Shown here one piece after another: positions 18,725 to 26,745 of a stretch of 64,000 bases of DNA. The stretch is from an uncultured Actinomycetes bacterium (GTDB taxonomy: Bacteria > Actinomycetota > Thermoleophilia > Gaiellales > Gaiellaceae): the NCBI GenBank assembly GCA_963705875.1, contig OY970117.1, positions 1,316,279 to 1,380,278 of the forward strand. Direction: 5' to 3'. The notes under the pieces were generated by a model. It saw only the letters and a list, made by a program, of their open reading frames with translations, ran no database searches and had not been told where the DNA came from. The position numbers and the translations under genes were made by a program. Positions within the stretch are counted from its first letter, which is position 1, and each line of letters begins with the position of its first letter.

Positions 18725-19838
18725 TAGACGGCCGCCGCGAGCACGCGCGCGAACGCCTCGCCGAAGAAGGCGTTCTCCTCGGCCGTCCCGACGGTCACCC
18801 GGATCGCGGTCGTCGCCCCGAACGGCGCCAGCGGACGGACGATGACGCCCTCGTGGAGGAGCGAGTCGAAGAGCGGCCCGACGTCGGTCCCCGTATCCAC
18901 GTAGAGGAAGTTCGCGACCGCGGGCTGTGCGACGCGGACGGGCAGCCCGGCGCAGATCTCGAGCAGCTGCTCGCGCCCCTCGGCCGTGACCGCGCGCCGT
19001 CGGGCGATCTCCTCGTCGTTTCCGAGGCTCGCGAGCGCGGCCGCCTGGGACATCTCGTTCAGATCGAAGGCGTTGCGCACCTTGCGGATCGCGCCGACGA
19101 CCTCCGGCGAGCCGATCCCGTAGCCGACCCGCAGCCCGGCGAGCCCGAACATCTTCGAGAACGTCCGCAGGCAGAAGACCCGGCGGCCGCCGCAGGAAGT
19201 ACTCGGCGATCCCGTCCGGGTAGTCCTCGGCGTCGACGTACTCGAAGTAGGCCTCGTCGAGGACGGTGAGCACGTGCTCGGGAACGCGCTCGAAGTACGC
19301 GTCGAGCTGCGCGCGCGAGACCATCGTCCCGGTCGGGTTGTTCGGGTTCGCGACGTAGACGATCTTCGTCCGCTCGGTGATCGCGGCGAGCAGGGCGTCG
19401 AGGTCGTACGTGTCCCCGGCGAGCGGAACGCGCACCGGGACGGCGCCCATCTTGACCGCGTCGAGGACGTAGCTCGGAAAGGACGGCCAGCCGCACACGA
19501 TCTCGTCCCCGGGGTCGAGCACGGCGAGCGAGAGGTACATGATCACGCCGTCCGCGCCGGCGGCGAGCGCCACGTTCTCGGTGCGCCACGCCGTGCTTCT
19601 CCGCAAGCGCCTCGGTCAGCCGGTACGCCCCGCCGTCGGGGTAGCGGTTCAGCTCGCCGATCGCGCGCTCGAGCGCCTCGACCGCGGCCGGAAAGGGGCC
19701 GAACTGCCCTTCGTTCGAGGCGAGCTTGACGACCCGCTCGAGCCCGAGCTCGCGCTGGACCTCCTCGACCGGCTTCCCCGGCTCGTACGGAACGAGCCCC
19801 GAGATCGCGGGACGAAAGAGGTCGCCGTCGGCTGTCAT
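18724..19838 (-). CDS. hisC: histidinol-phosphate aminotransferase; two 1-nt frame breaks (about 19587 and 19185)
   Basis: The gene is spread over three ORF pieces in three frames: MTADGDLFRPAISGLVPYEPGKPVEEVQRELGLERVVKLASNEGQFGP... then TENVALAAGADGVIMYLSLAVLDPGDEIV...YVANPNNPTG...VLDEAYFEY then RVFCLRTFSKMFGLAGLRVGYGIG. Length is 1115 nt = 3n+2. Confidence 0.88.
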
Positions 19839-19923
19839 GAGGCCGAACCTTAGACGCTGCGGTTTGCGCAGGATGCGGCTGCCGCCGGAACGCCGCGAAG
19901 CGCTCCGGCGGCGGCCGCGGAGA

Positions 19924-20571
19924 TCAGTGAGCGGCGCGGAGCGAGCCGCCGATGCGGTTCGAGGTTCCGGTCCCGACGGCCTCGATGAGGAGCCAGCAGC
20001 CGTCGTCGTTCGTGTTCTTGCGGAACGCCTTGCCCTTCACGAGCGGCGGCTTGTAGAGCAGCGTGTTGTCCCCGCCCGAGCTGCAGCGCAGGAACGACGT
20101 CTTGTTCGTCTTGATCGCGAGCCGCTGCCCCTTCTTGATCGTCAGCTTGACGTTGAAGGACTCGATCTCGTACGGCTCCATGTCCTCGTCCTGGCCGTCG
20201 TAGGTGAGCTTGCGGCTCTCGGCCGTGACCTTCGCCTTGAACTTGTTCCCGGACTTCTGCACCGTGACGATCTGGGCCCAGAAGCTCCCCGGAGCGTTGG
20301 CGATGACGCGGATCTTCGTGATCTTCCCGGCCTTCGGCGACTTGTGCCCCGTGTTCGGACGGCCGTAGGCCTCGTTCATGATCCACGTGCACTTCTGCGC
20401 GTGATTCGACTGGACGCAGAAGTGGCCGTTCCCGGCGTTCGACGGCTGCACGTCGGCTGCGAGCTTGGAGCCGAACTTGAACGCCGCCTGGCCCGTGGCC
20501 GGAACGACGAGGAACGCGGCCACGGCCGCGACCGCGATGAGACGAACCCGTCCCGCGCGCGCTTGCTGCAT
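19924..20571 (-). CDS. secreted hypothetical protein (Lys-rich, beta-rich)
   Basis: GGGGG SD lies before the ATG at 20571. Signal peptide MQQARAGRVRLIAVAAVAAFLVVPATGQA. No family was recognised. Lys content is unusually high and local GC lower than the surroundings. Confidence 0.65.
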   Translation of the reverse strand: MQQARAGRVRLIAVAAVAAFLVVPATGQAAFKFGSKLAADVQPSNAGNGHFCVQSNHAQKCTWIMNEAYGRPNTGHKSPKAGKITKIRVIANAPGSFWAQIVTVQKSGNKFKAKVTAESRKLTYDGQDEDMEPYEIESFNVKLTIKKGQRLAIKTNKTSFLRCSSGGDNTLLYKPPLVKGKAFRKNTNDDGCWLLIEAVGTGTSNRIGGSLRAAH

Positions 20572-20638
20572 AGGTAACCCCCTGACTACTCGGCGTGTCC
20601 GCGCATTCTCCGTCGGGCCTCGGCCGGGATGCAATAGA

Positions 20639-20680
20639 TGGTTGGTCGGGAACTACCGCACTCCAATTCCCGACCAGCCA
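20639..20680 (+). promoter_or_regulatory. 14-bp inverted repeat (operator or 5'-UTR hairpin candidate) 16 nt upstream of the LON-N gene
   Basis: TGGTTGGTCGGGAA-N14-TTCCCGACCAGCCA, 13 of 14 positions complementary, in the divergent 124-nt intergenic region. Confidence 0.4.
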
Positions 20681-20695
20681 TCTACCCTTACGGAC

Positions 20696-21307
20696 ATGGA
20701 CGAGATCGGGCTCTTTCCGCTGCCGCTCGTGCTCATGCCGGGCGAGCAGGCGCCGCTCCACATCTTCGAGCCCCGCTACCGCGAGCTGATCTCCGAGTGC
20801 CTCGCGCGCGGCGAGGACTTCGGGCTCGTCTTCTCGGACGACGAGGGGATGCGCGACATCGGCACGCGGGCCACCGTCGTCGAGGTGCTCGAGCAGTTCG
20901 AGGACGGGCGCATGAACATCGTCGTCGAGGGCGGCGAGCGCTTCCGCATCGGGAACGTCGCCGAGGATCGCCCGTTCGTGACCGCCGAGATCGCGGAGCT
21001 CGAGGACGAGGGCGACGAGCCGACCGAGGAGGAGCGCGTCGCTGCCCTCGAGGCCTACGACCGGGTCGTGAAGGCGGCCGACGCCGAGCTCGACGAGATC
21101 GATCTCGCCGGCGAGAGCCTCGCGTTCCAGATCGCGGCCCGCATCGACCTCGGCGCCGAGGTGAAGCAGGGCCTCCTCGAGAGCCGCTCGGAGCGCGACC
21201 GGGTCGTCCGCCTGGCCGAGCTGCTGGATCACGCCGCCGAAGCGGTGGCCCGCGAGCGGGAGATCCGCGGCCGCGCCTCCGGCAACGGGCGCGTCGAGGC
21301 GCTCTAG
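20696..21307 (+). CDS. LON N-terminal (substrate-binding) domain protein
   Basis: MDEIGLFPLPLVLMPGEQAPLHIFEPRYRELISECL...FGLV shows the LON-N pattern (LPLFPL..V.FPG....L.IFEPRY). This is a stand-alone 203-aa form. Confidence 0.85.
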   Translation: MDEIGLFPLPLVLMPGEQAPLHIFEPRYRELISECLARGEDFGLVFSDDEGMRDIGTRATVVEVLEQFEDGRMNIVVEGGERFRIGNVAEDRPFVTAEIAELEDEGDEPTEEERVAALEAYDRVVKAADAELDEIDLAGESLAFQIAARIDLGAEVKQGLLESRSERDRVVRLAELLDHAAEAVAREREIRGRASGNGRVEAL

Positions 21308-21321
21308 GAGGGTTCGACAAG

Positions 21322-21522
21322 ATGGACGGCGAACCACCTGGCGTGGACCGGGGCATGACCTTCCTGGCCGAATTGGAGTTGGCTCCGACCGACCCAGAAA
21401 CCGTCGAGTTTCGGTACGTAATCGACGATTCGGTCCGATTGTCGCTCTTACGCGCGTGGTGGGAGCAGCTTGGCTCGCCGCTCGCCCTCGACGTGACGGT
21501 CGTGCCAGCCGAGATCGACTAG
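21322..21522 (+). CDS. hypothetical small protein (66 aa)
   Basis: ATG at 21322 (alternative 21355). Codon usage is atypical, with about 20 percent A/T-ending codons against less than 10 percent in neighbouring genes. No family recognised. Confidence 0.35.
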   Translation: MDGEPPGVDRGMTFLAELELAPTDPETVEFRYVIDDSVRLSLLRAWWEQLGSPLALDVTVVPAEID

Positions 21523-21873
21523 CTCTTACGGACGCCGTGGACGGGCCGCCCGGCGGCCTCCCACGCGTAGTACGAGGCGCTCGGGCCGAACGCCGGCTCG
21601 TACTCGACGACCTTCGGGTTGCGGCCGACCTCCTTCGCGCGCTGCGCGTGGCGGAGGAGATTCGGGTCGTCGCGCACCTCCCACACGAGGATCAGGTGCG
21701 CGGCGGTCATGAACTCGGCCACGAACGTGCACGCGTCCGCCGGGCAGGGGAACGGGTCGGTGCTCACGCAGTACCAGCCGGCGTGATCCGTCTCGCCGTC
21801 GTCCGTCCAGAGCTCCTCGTCGAGAGAGGTCGGTCTCCTCGTCGATGAGGACGCCGAGATCCAGCTCGCTCAC
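21519..21873 (-). CDS. hypothetical protein (~117 aa, Cys-containing); 1-nt frame break near 21825
   Basis: The GTG at 21873 overlaps the GNAT stop (GTGA). VSELDLGVLIDEETDLS then LDEELWTDDGETDHAGWYCVSTDPFPCPADACTFVAEFMTAAHLILVWEVRDDPNLLRHAQRAKEVGRNPKVVEYEPAFG (ORF 21519-21767). Confidence 0.55.
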
Positions 21874-22374
21874 GAAAGCTCCTTCGCCATGAGGATCACG
21901 TCGTGGAGATCGTCCCCGCGGCGGTAGTGCTTGACCCGCAGCCCCTTCGCGGCGGTAGCCGAGCTCCTCGTAGAGGCCGATCGCCGCCTCGTTGTGGGGG
22001 AAGACGTGCAGCTCGATCTTGACCACGCCCGCGCCGCGCGCCCAGACCTCCGCGGCCAGCATCAGCACGCGCCCGACGCCCCGGCGCCGGTGGCCCTGCG
22101 AGACCATCAGTCCGAGGTCGGCCACGTGCCGGCTGGCCGGATGCGGGTCGCGCGTGATCGAGAGGCGGCCCGCGACCTCGCCGTCCTGCTCCGCCACGAG
22201 GACGGTCGCGTGCTTGGAGCGGCGGATCGCGCGCAGGTAGCGGCGCTCGTCGCCGACGCTTCTCCAGTCGCCGTCCGTGACCAGCCAGCCTTCGGGCTCG
22301 GCTCCGACCGCCTCGGCCAGCGCCACGAGCGCGCCCGCGTCGCCGGGCCCCGCCTGACGGACGTCCAGGCTCAC
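21870..22374 (-). CDS. GNAT-family N-acetyltransferase; 1-nt frame break near 21943 (GGGG run)
   Basis: The GTG at 22374 overlaps the ggt stop (GTGA). VSLDVRQAGPGDAGALVAL...VAEQDGEVAGRLSI...VSQGHRRRGVGRVLMLAAEVWARGAGVVKIELHVFPHNEAAIGLYEELGYRREG then LRVKHYRRGDDLHDVILMAKELS in the next frame. Confidence 0.85.
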
Positions 22375-23927
22375 ACCACCACTCCCGCGCCGCCGCGCCG
22401 CGGATCGCCCGCGGCCTCGAGCTCGCCGTCCTCGCGGACGAGCACCGCGGACGACGCCGCCGAAGAACACGTTGCCCGGGCCCCAGCGCACGACGTCGTA
22501 GCCGCGCGCCTCGAGCGCCGCGACCTCGGTCTCGTCGGCTCCGGCCTCGACGTTCAGCGCCTCGCCCTCGAGATGGACGCGCGGCGCCGCGATCGCATCC
22601 TCCACCCCGAGCCCGTGGTCGACCACGTTCACCACGGTCTGCATGATCGCGCCGCGCAGGCGCGCCGAGCCGGCGCTGCCGAGGACGAGATGCGGCTCGC
22701 CGTCGCGCAGGACGATCGACGGCGCCATCATGCTCGCGAGCCGCTGTCCCGGCTCCGCGGAGGACGAGAGCGCCTGGAGGTCGCTCTCGCCGAGCATGTT
22801 GTTCAGGTGGATCCCGGTGCCGGGGACGACGAAGCCCGAGCCCGCGCCGGTCGACGCCGACAGCGACGCGGCGTTGCCCTCGTCGTCGACGACGCTCACG
22901 TGCGTCGTGGAGGGAAGGCCGGGCGACTCGGTCGCCGGCTCGCTCCGCTGGCGCGCCCGCACCGCGGCGGCGACGACCGTCCGGTCGTCGAGCAGCCGCT
23001 GGGTCAGCCCGCCGCGCCTGGAGCTCGGCGATGAAGGAGCCGCCGCGCGCCCGGGTCGACTCCCGCATCACCTCGGCGAGGCGGGCGATCTGCGCTGCCG
23101 AGCCGGGAGCCTCGGGCGGGCCGAGCAGGTCGAGGATCCGCAGCGCGAACGCGATCAGCACGCCTCCCGCCGAGCTCGGCGGACACGTGACGAACTCCGT
23201 GTCCCGGAACGCGGCGCGAATCGGCTTGGAGCGCAGCGGCTTGTACGAGGCGAGATCCTTGGCCGTGAGCGCGCCGCCGTCCTCGCCGACGCAGCGGAGC
23301 ATGTCCTTGGACAGGTCGCCGCGGTAGAACGCGTCGGCGCCCTCGCGCGCGAGCAGCTCCAGCGTGCCCGCGAGATCGCCCATGGCCGGCGCCTCGCCGA
23401 GCTCCAGCGGCCGCTCGTGGCCGTAGATCCGCCGCCCTTCCTCGTCGAGACGGAGGATCGGATCGAGGATCACGTGCAGACGCGCGTGCGCCTCGCCGAT
23501 CGGAACCCCGTCGCGCGCGGCCTCGATCGCCGGCGGGAAGAGCTCGCGCCAGGGAAGCCGGCCGTGCACGCGGTGCGCTTCGGAAAGCCCGGCGATCGTC
23601 CCGGGAACGGCGCACGACGGCGCGCCGACGAAGTACGGCACGACGGTTCCCTTGTCGAACTCGATGTCGACCGTCCGCATCGCGGCCGCCTCGCCGTCGA
23701 AGCCGAGGCCCGGCTGCGCGACGAAGAAGTCGAGCGCCTCGATCGCTCCCGACGCGGTGCGCGTGAGCATGAAGCCGCCTCCGCCGGGGCCGGTCAGCGT
23801 GCTCTCGGCCGCCCAGGACGTCAGACGTCGCGGCGACACAGGCGTCGACGGCGTTCCCGCCCTCGGCGAGGATGCGCGCGCCCGCGGCCGCGGTCAGCGG
23901 ATGCCCGGCGGCGACGGCGCCTCTCAT
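22371..23927 (-). CDS. ggt: gamma-glutamyltranspeptidase family protein (no signal peptide seen); three 1-nt frame breaks (about 23827, 23012, 22450)
   Basis: MRGAVAAGHPLTAAAGARILAEGGNAVDA... then LTSWAAESTLTGPGGGGFML... then PSTTHVSVVDDEGNAASLSASTGAGSGFVVPGTGIHLNNMLGE (catalytic Thr region) then SAVLVREDGELEAAGDPRRGGAGVVV. Length 1557 nt is consistent with three insertions. Confidence 0.88.
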
Positions 23928-23936
23928 CGCGGACTC

Positions 23937-25349
23937 CTAGAGGTCGCGGAGGAAGCTCGGCGTATCGAGCTCTTCGTCGTCCGCGGGAGGCGGCGGTTCC
24001 ACGCTCCGCGGCGAGTCGATGACGTTCGTGACCGCCCGGCGCTTGCCCTTGCCGATCCCGGTCGCGACGACGGTGACCCAGACCTGGCCCGACAGCCGCT
24101 CGTCGATGGTCGCGCCGAAGATGATGTTCGTCTCCTCCGTGGAGGCCGCGCGGATCGTCTCGGCCGCCTCGTTGACCTCGATGAGCGTGAGGTCGGAGCC
24201 GCCGGCGATCGAGAGCAGGATGCCCCGCGCCCCGACGATCTCGGTGTCGATGAGCGGCGAGCGCAGCGCGCGCTCGGCGGCCTCGCGGCCACGGTTCTCC
24301 CCGGTGGAGAAGCCGATGCCCATGAGGGCGGTTCCGGCGTCGCTCATGATCGTCCGCACGTCGGCGAAGTCGAGGTTGATGAGGCCCGGCGTCGTGATCA
24401 GGTCGCAGATCCCCTGGACGCCCTGGCGGAGCACGTCGTCGGCGACGCGGAACGCCTCGAGCATCGAGGTCGACTGGTCGAGCACCTCGAGCAGCCGGTC
24501 GTTGGGGATGACGATGACCGTGTCGCAGTTGGCGCGGAGCTCGTCCACGCCCTTCTGCGCCTGCTCGCGGCGGCGCGTGCCCTCGAACTTGAACGGCATC
24601 GTCACGATGCCGACGGTGAGCGCGCCGAGTTCCCGGGCGATTCGCGCGACGACGGGCGCGGAGCCCGTGCCGGTGCCGCCGCCCTCGCCGGCGGTGATGA
24701 AGACCATGTCGGAGCCGCGCAGGACGTGCTTGATCTGGTCGTACGCGTCCTCGGCGGCCTGGCGCCCGACCTCGGGGTCGGCCCCGGAGCCGAGGCCCTG
24801 GGTCAGCTCGCGCCCGATGTGGAGCTTGATCGGCGCCTCGCAGCCGCGCAGCTGCTGAATGTCGGTGTTGACCGCGACGAACTCGACCTGGGAGATCCCG
24901 GCCTCGATCATCCTGTTGACGCCGTTGAGACCACCTCCCCCGACGCCGACGACGCGGATGACCGCGAGGTAGGCGGCGGACTCGGGCCGCGGCGTGTTCC
25001 GCAGGCGCGGCGACGGATCGACGAAGCGCGCCGCGGGCGGCTCCTCGATCTCGGGGATCGCGGGCATGGCGGGCGCAGCGGCCGTATTCGATGCCGAAGC
25101 TGCGGCCGGGGGCGCCGGGGTAGGCGTCGAAGCCGGCGCAGACTCGCGCTCGGGCTCAGGCGTCGGCTTCGGCTCGGGCTTGCGCTCGGCCGGAAGCGCC
25201 GAGGCCTCGGCGATGGTCATCTCGTTCGGACCGACGTGCTCGACGGTCTGCGCCTCCGAGGGTGCTCCACCCTCGTCGCGCTCCCGCTCGGCCTGGCGCT
25301 GTGCCGCCTCCGTCGCGCGGAACAGTTCGGCCAGGGGGCCCTCACGCAT
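23937..25349 (-). CDS. ftsZ: cell division GTPase FtsZ with a ~120-aa N-terminal extension (start uncertain: 25349, 25376 or internal 25067)
   Basis: Core AVIRVVGVGGGGLNGVNRMI...AVNTDIQQL...ITAGEGGGTGTGSAPVVA (tubulin signature GGGTGTG) and the C-terminal peptide DDEELDTPSFLRDL. The upstream in-frame 128 codons (MREGPLAELFRATEAAQRQAERERDE, then a P/A/E-rich linker) keep coding-like GC3. The ATG at 25349 overlaps the parA-like stop (ATGCGTGA). Confidence 0.9.
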   Translation of the reverse strand: MREGPLAELFRATEAAQRQAERERDEGGAPSEAQTVEHVGPNEMTIAEASALPAERKPEPKPTPEPERESAPASTPTPAPPAAASASNTAAAPAMPAIPEIEEPPAARFVDPSPRLRNTPRPESAAYLAVIRVVGVGGGGLNGVNRMIEAGISQVEFVAVNTDIQQLRGCEAPIKLHIGRELTQGLGSGADPEVGRQAAEDAYDQIKHVLRGSDMVFITAGEGGGTGTGSAPVVARIARELGALTVGIVTMPFKFEGTRRREQAQKGVDELRANCDTVIVIPNDRLLEVLDQSTSMLEAFRVADDVLRQGVQGICDLITTPGLINLDFADVRTIMSDAGTALMGIGFSTGENRGREAAERALRSPLIDTEIVGARGILLSIAGGSDLTLIEVNEAAETIRAASTEETNIIFGATIDERLSGQVWVTVVATGIGKGKRRAVTNVIDSPRSVEPPPPADDEELDTPSFLRDL

Positions 25350-26119
25350 GCTGGCGCGCCCGCGGTTTCGAGCCATTGAGCACCTCCTTCGCGAGCTGGC
25401 GATAGGCGTCTGCCGCCTTGCCGCTCGGGTCGTACTTGAGAATCGGACTCGCCCTGCACGGGCGCCTCCGCGTAGCGGATGGTCTTCTTGATCCGCGTCT
25501 CGAAGACGAGGTCGCCGAAGTTCTCCTTCAGCATCTCCACGGCCTCGCGCGCGTGGACCGTGCGCGAGTCGAACATCGTCGGGAGGATCCCGCGGATCTC
25601 GACCGTGGGGTTCAAGTTCTCGCGGATCATCGTGAGCGTCCCCTCGAGCTGGACGAGGCCGCGCAGCGAGAGGTACTCGCACTGGACGGGGACGATGACG
25701 CCGTCCGCGGCCGTGAGCGCGTTGATCGTGAGCAGCCCGAGCGAGGGCGGCGTGTCGATCAGGATGTAGTCGTACTTCGAGCGCATCGGGAGCAGCGCCT
25801 TCTGGAGGGCGCGCTCGCGTCCGATCATGCTCGACAGGGCGAGCTCCGCTCCGGCGAGATCGATCGAGCTGACGGCCACGTCGATCTCCGCGTGCTGGAT
25901 CACTTCCTCGATCGGAAGCTGGTGGACGAGCACGTCGAACATCGAGCGCTCGACCGTGTCCGGATCCATGCCCTGGGACATGGTCAGGTTCCCCTGCGGA
26001 TCGAGGTCGACGGTGAGCACGGAAAAGCCGAGCTCGTTCATCGCGGCCGCGAGGTTCACGGTCGTCGTGGTCTTCGCCACGCCGCCTTTTTGGTTCGCCA
26101 AGGCGATGACCTGTCCCAA
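25342..26119 (-). CDS. ParA/Soj-family deviant Walker-A ATPase (orphan; no parB seen); 1-nt frame break near 25445
   Basis: AAGGAG, then 5 nt, then TTG at 26119. LGQVIALANQKGGVAKTTTTVNLAAAM...LTVDLDPQGN...ILIDTPPSLG...IRYAEAPVQGES then ILKYDPSGKAADAYRQLAKEVLNGSKPRARQHA in the next frame. Length is 778 nt = 3n+1. Confidence 0.88.
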
Positions 26120-26245
26120 AGATGCTCCTTGTGAGGATTGCGCTCGAGCGCGCGAGCGCGTTTTAGAGAGGAGGCTCACAGGCCTTCCATTCGTTTGAAG
26201 GTACCACAATCCTTCTGAGATTCAGGGTAGCGCAAATAGCGGAAA

Positions 26246-26272
26246 TTTCCCCCGGGAACATGCCGGGAGAAA
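26246..26272 (-). terminator. intrinsic-terminator-like hairpin after the 3-gene operon 28001-26307
   Basis: On the minus strand, TTTCTCCCGG-catgttc-CCGGGGGAAA is followed by TTTCCGCTATTTG. It lies 35 nt past the stop at 26307, in the lowest-GC stretch of the window. Confidence 0.6.
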
Positions 26273-26306
26273 TGCCTGGAAATCGACCGGTTCCTACCCG
26301 CCGGGA

Positions 26307-26552
26307 TCAGGCTGCGTCGTGAGGCGAATCCGCCGGGTCTTTCGACTCGGGATCGCGCTCGGCGAGCACGGCCTCGGCCTCGGCGAGCAGCTTGCGGACC
26401 TCGCCGAGCAAGACGACGCGGTCGCTCTTGCCGCGCAGGCCTTCGATCCGCTGCAGCTGCTCGTCCACACGGGGGTCGTCCTCCACCCTGCGAACGGTAG
26501 GCGGCGAAACCGCACGAAGGTGTGACCGTTTGCGCCGGGTTTCAGGCGGCAT
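26307..26552 (-). CDS. hypothetical 81-aa helical (coiled-coil-like) protein
   Basis: Intact ORF, MPPETRRKRSHLRAVSPPTVRRVEDDPRVDEQLQRIEGLRGKSDRVVLLGEVRKLLAEAEAVLAERD... It overlaps the upstream gene by 11 nt. GC3 is coding-like. Confidence 0.55.
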   Translation of the reverse strand: MPPETRRKRSHLRAVSPPTVRRVEDDPRVDEQLQRIEGLRGKSDRVVLLGEVRKLLAEAEAVLAERDPESKDPADSPHDAA

Positions 26553-26745
26553 CGCGCGGAAGCTCCCTCGCCTCGCGGCAGGTACGCCGGGCCATGTACC
26601 CGGCGACGAGCGTGAGGCCGATCGCGACGCCGAGGGCCGGCCAGAGGCGGCCGGCGCCGTTGAAGAGGCAGAGGATGATCCCGAGGAAGACCGCGACGCG
26701 AAACGCCAGGCAGCGGCGGCGGATCCCCGTCGGGCTGAGGCTCAT
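26542..26745 (-). CDS. hypothetical 67-aa two-TM membrane protein
   Basis: The ATG overlaps the upstream stop (ATGA). MSLSPTGIRRRCLAFRVAVFLGIILCLFNGAGRLWPALGVAIGLTLVAGYMARRTCREARE has two hydrophobic helices flanked by Arg. Confidence 0.55.
   Translation of the reverse strand: MSLSPTGIRRRCLAFRVAVFLGIILCLFNGAGRLWPALGVAIGLTLVAGYMARRTCREARELPRDAA

Noticed and set aside
17483-19606. Apparent 707-aa HisC-MFS fusion. Likewise the 478-aa ORF 21526-22962 joins ggt, GNAT and a downstream gene.
   Set aside because: This is read-through created by frame breaks. The separate genes are recovered with proper stops and overlapping GTG starts once the single-base indels are bridged.
21322-21873. Toxin-antitoxin-like pair formed by the two small convergent ORFs sharing the CTAG stop at 21519-22.
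   Set aside because: The genes are convergent, not co-transcribed. Neither shows toxin or antitoxin family motifs. One is clearly the last gene of the ftsZ-ggt-GNAT operon.
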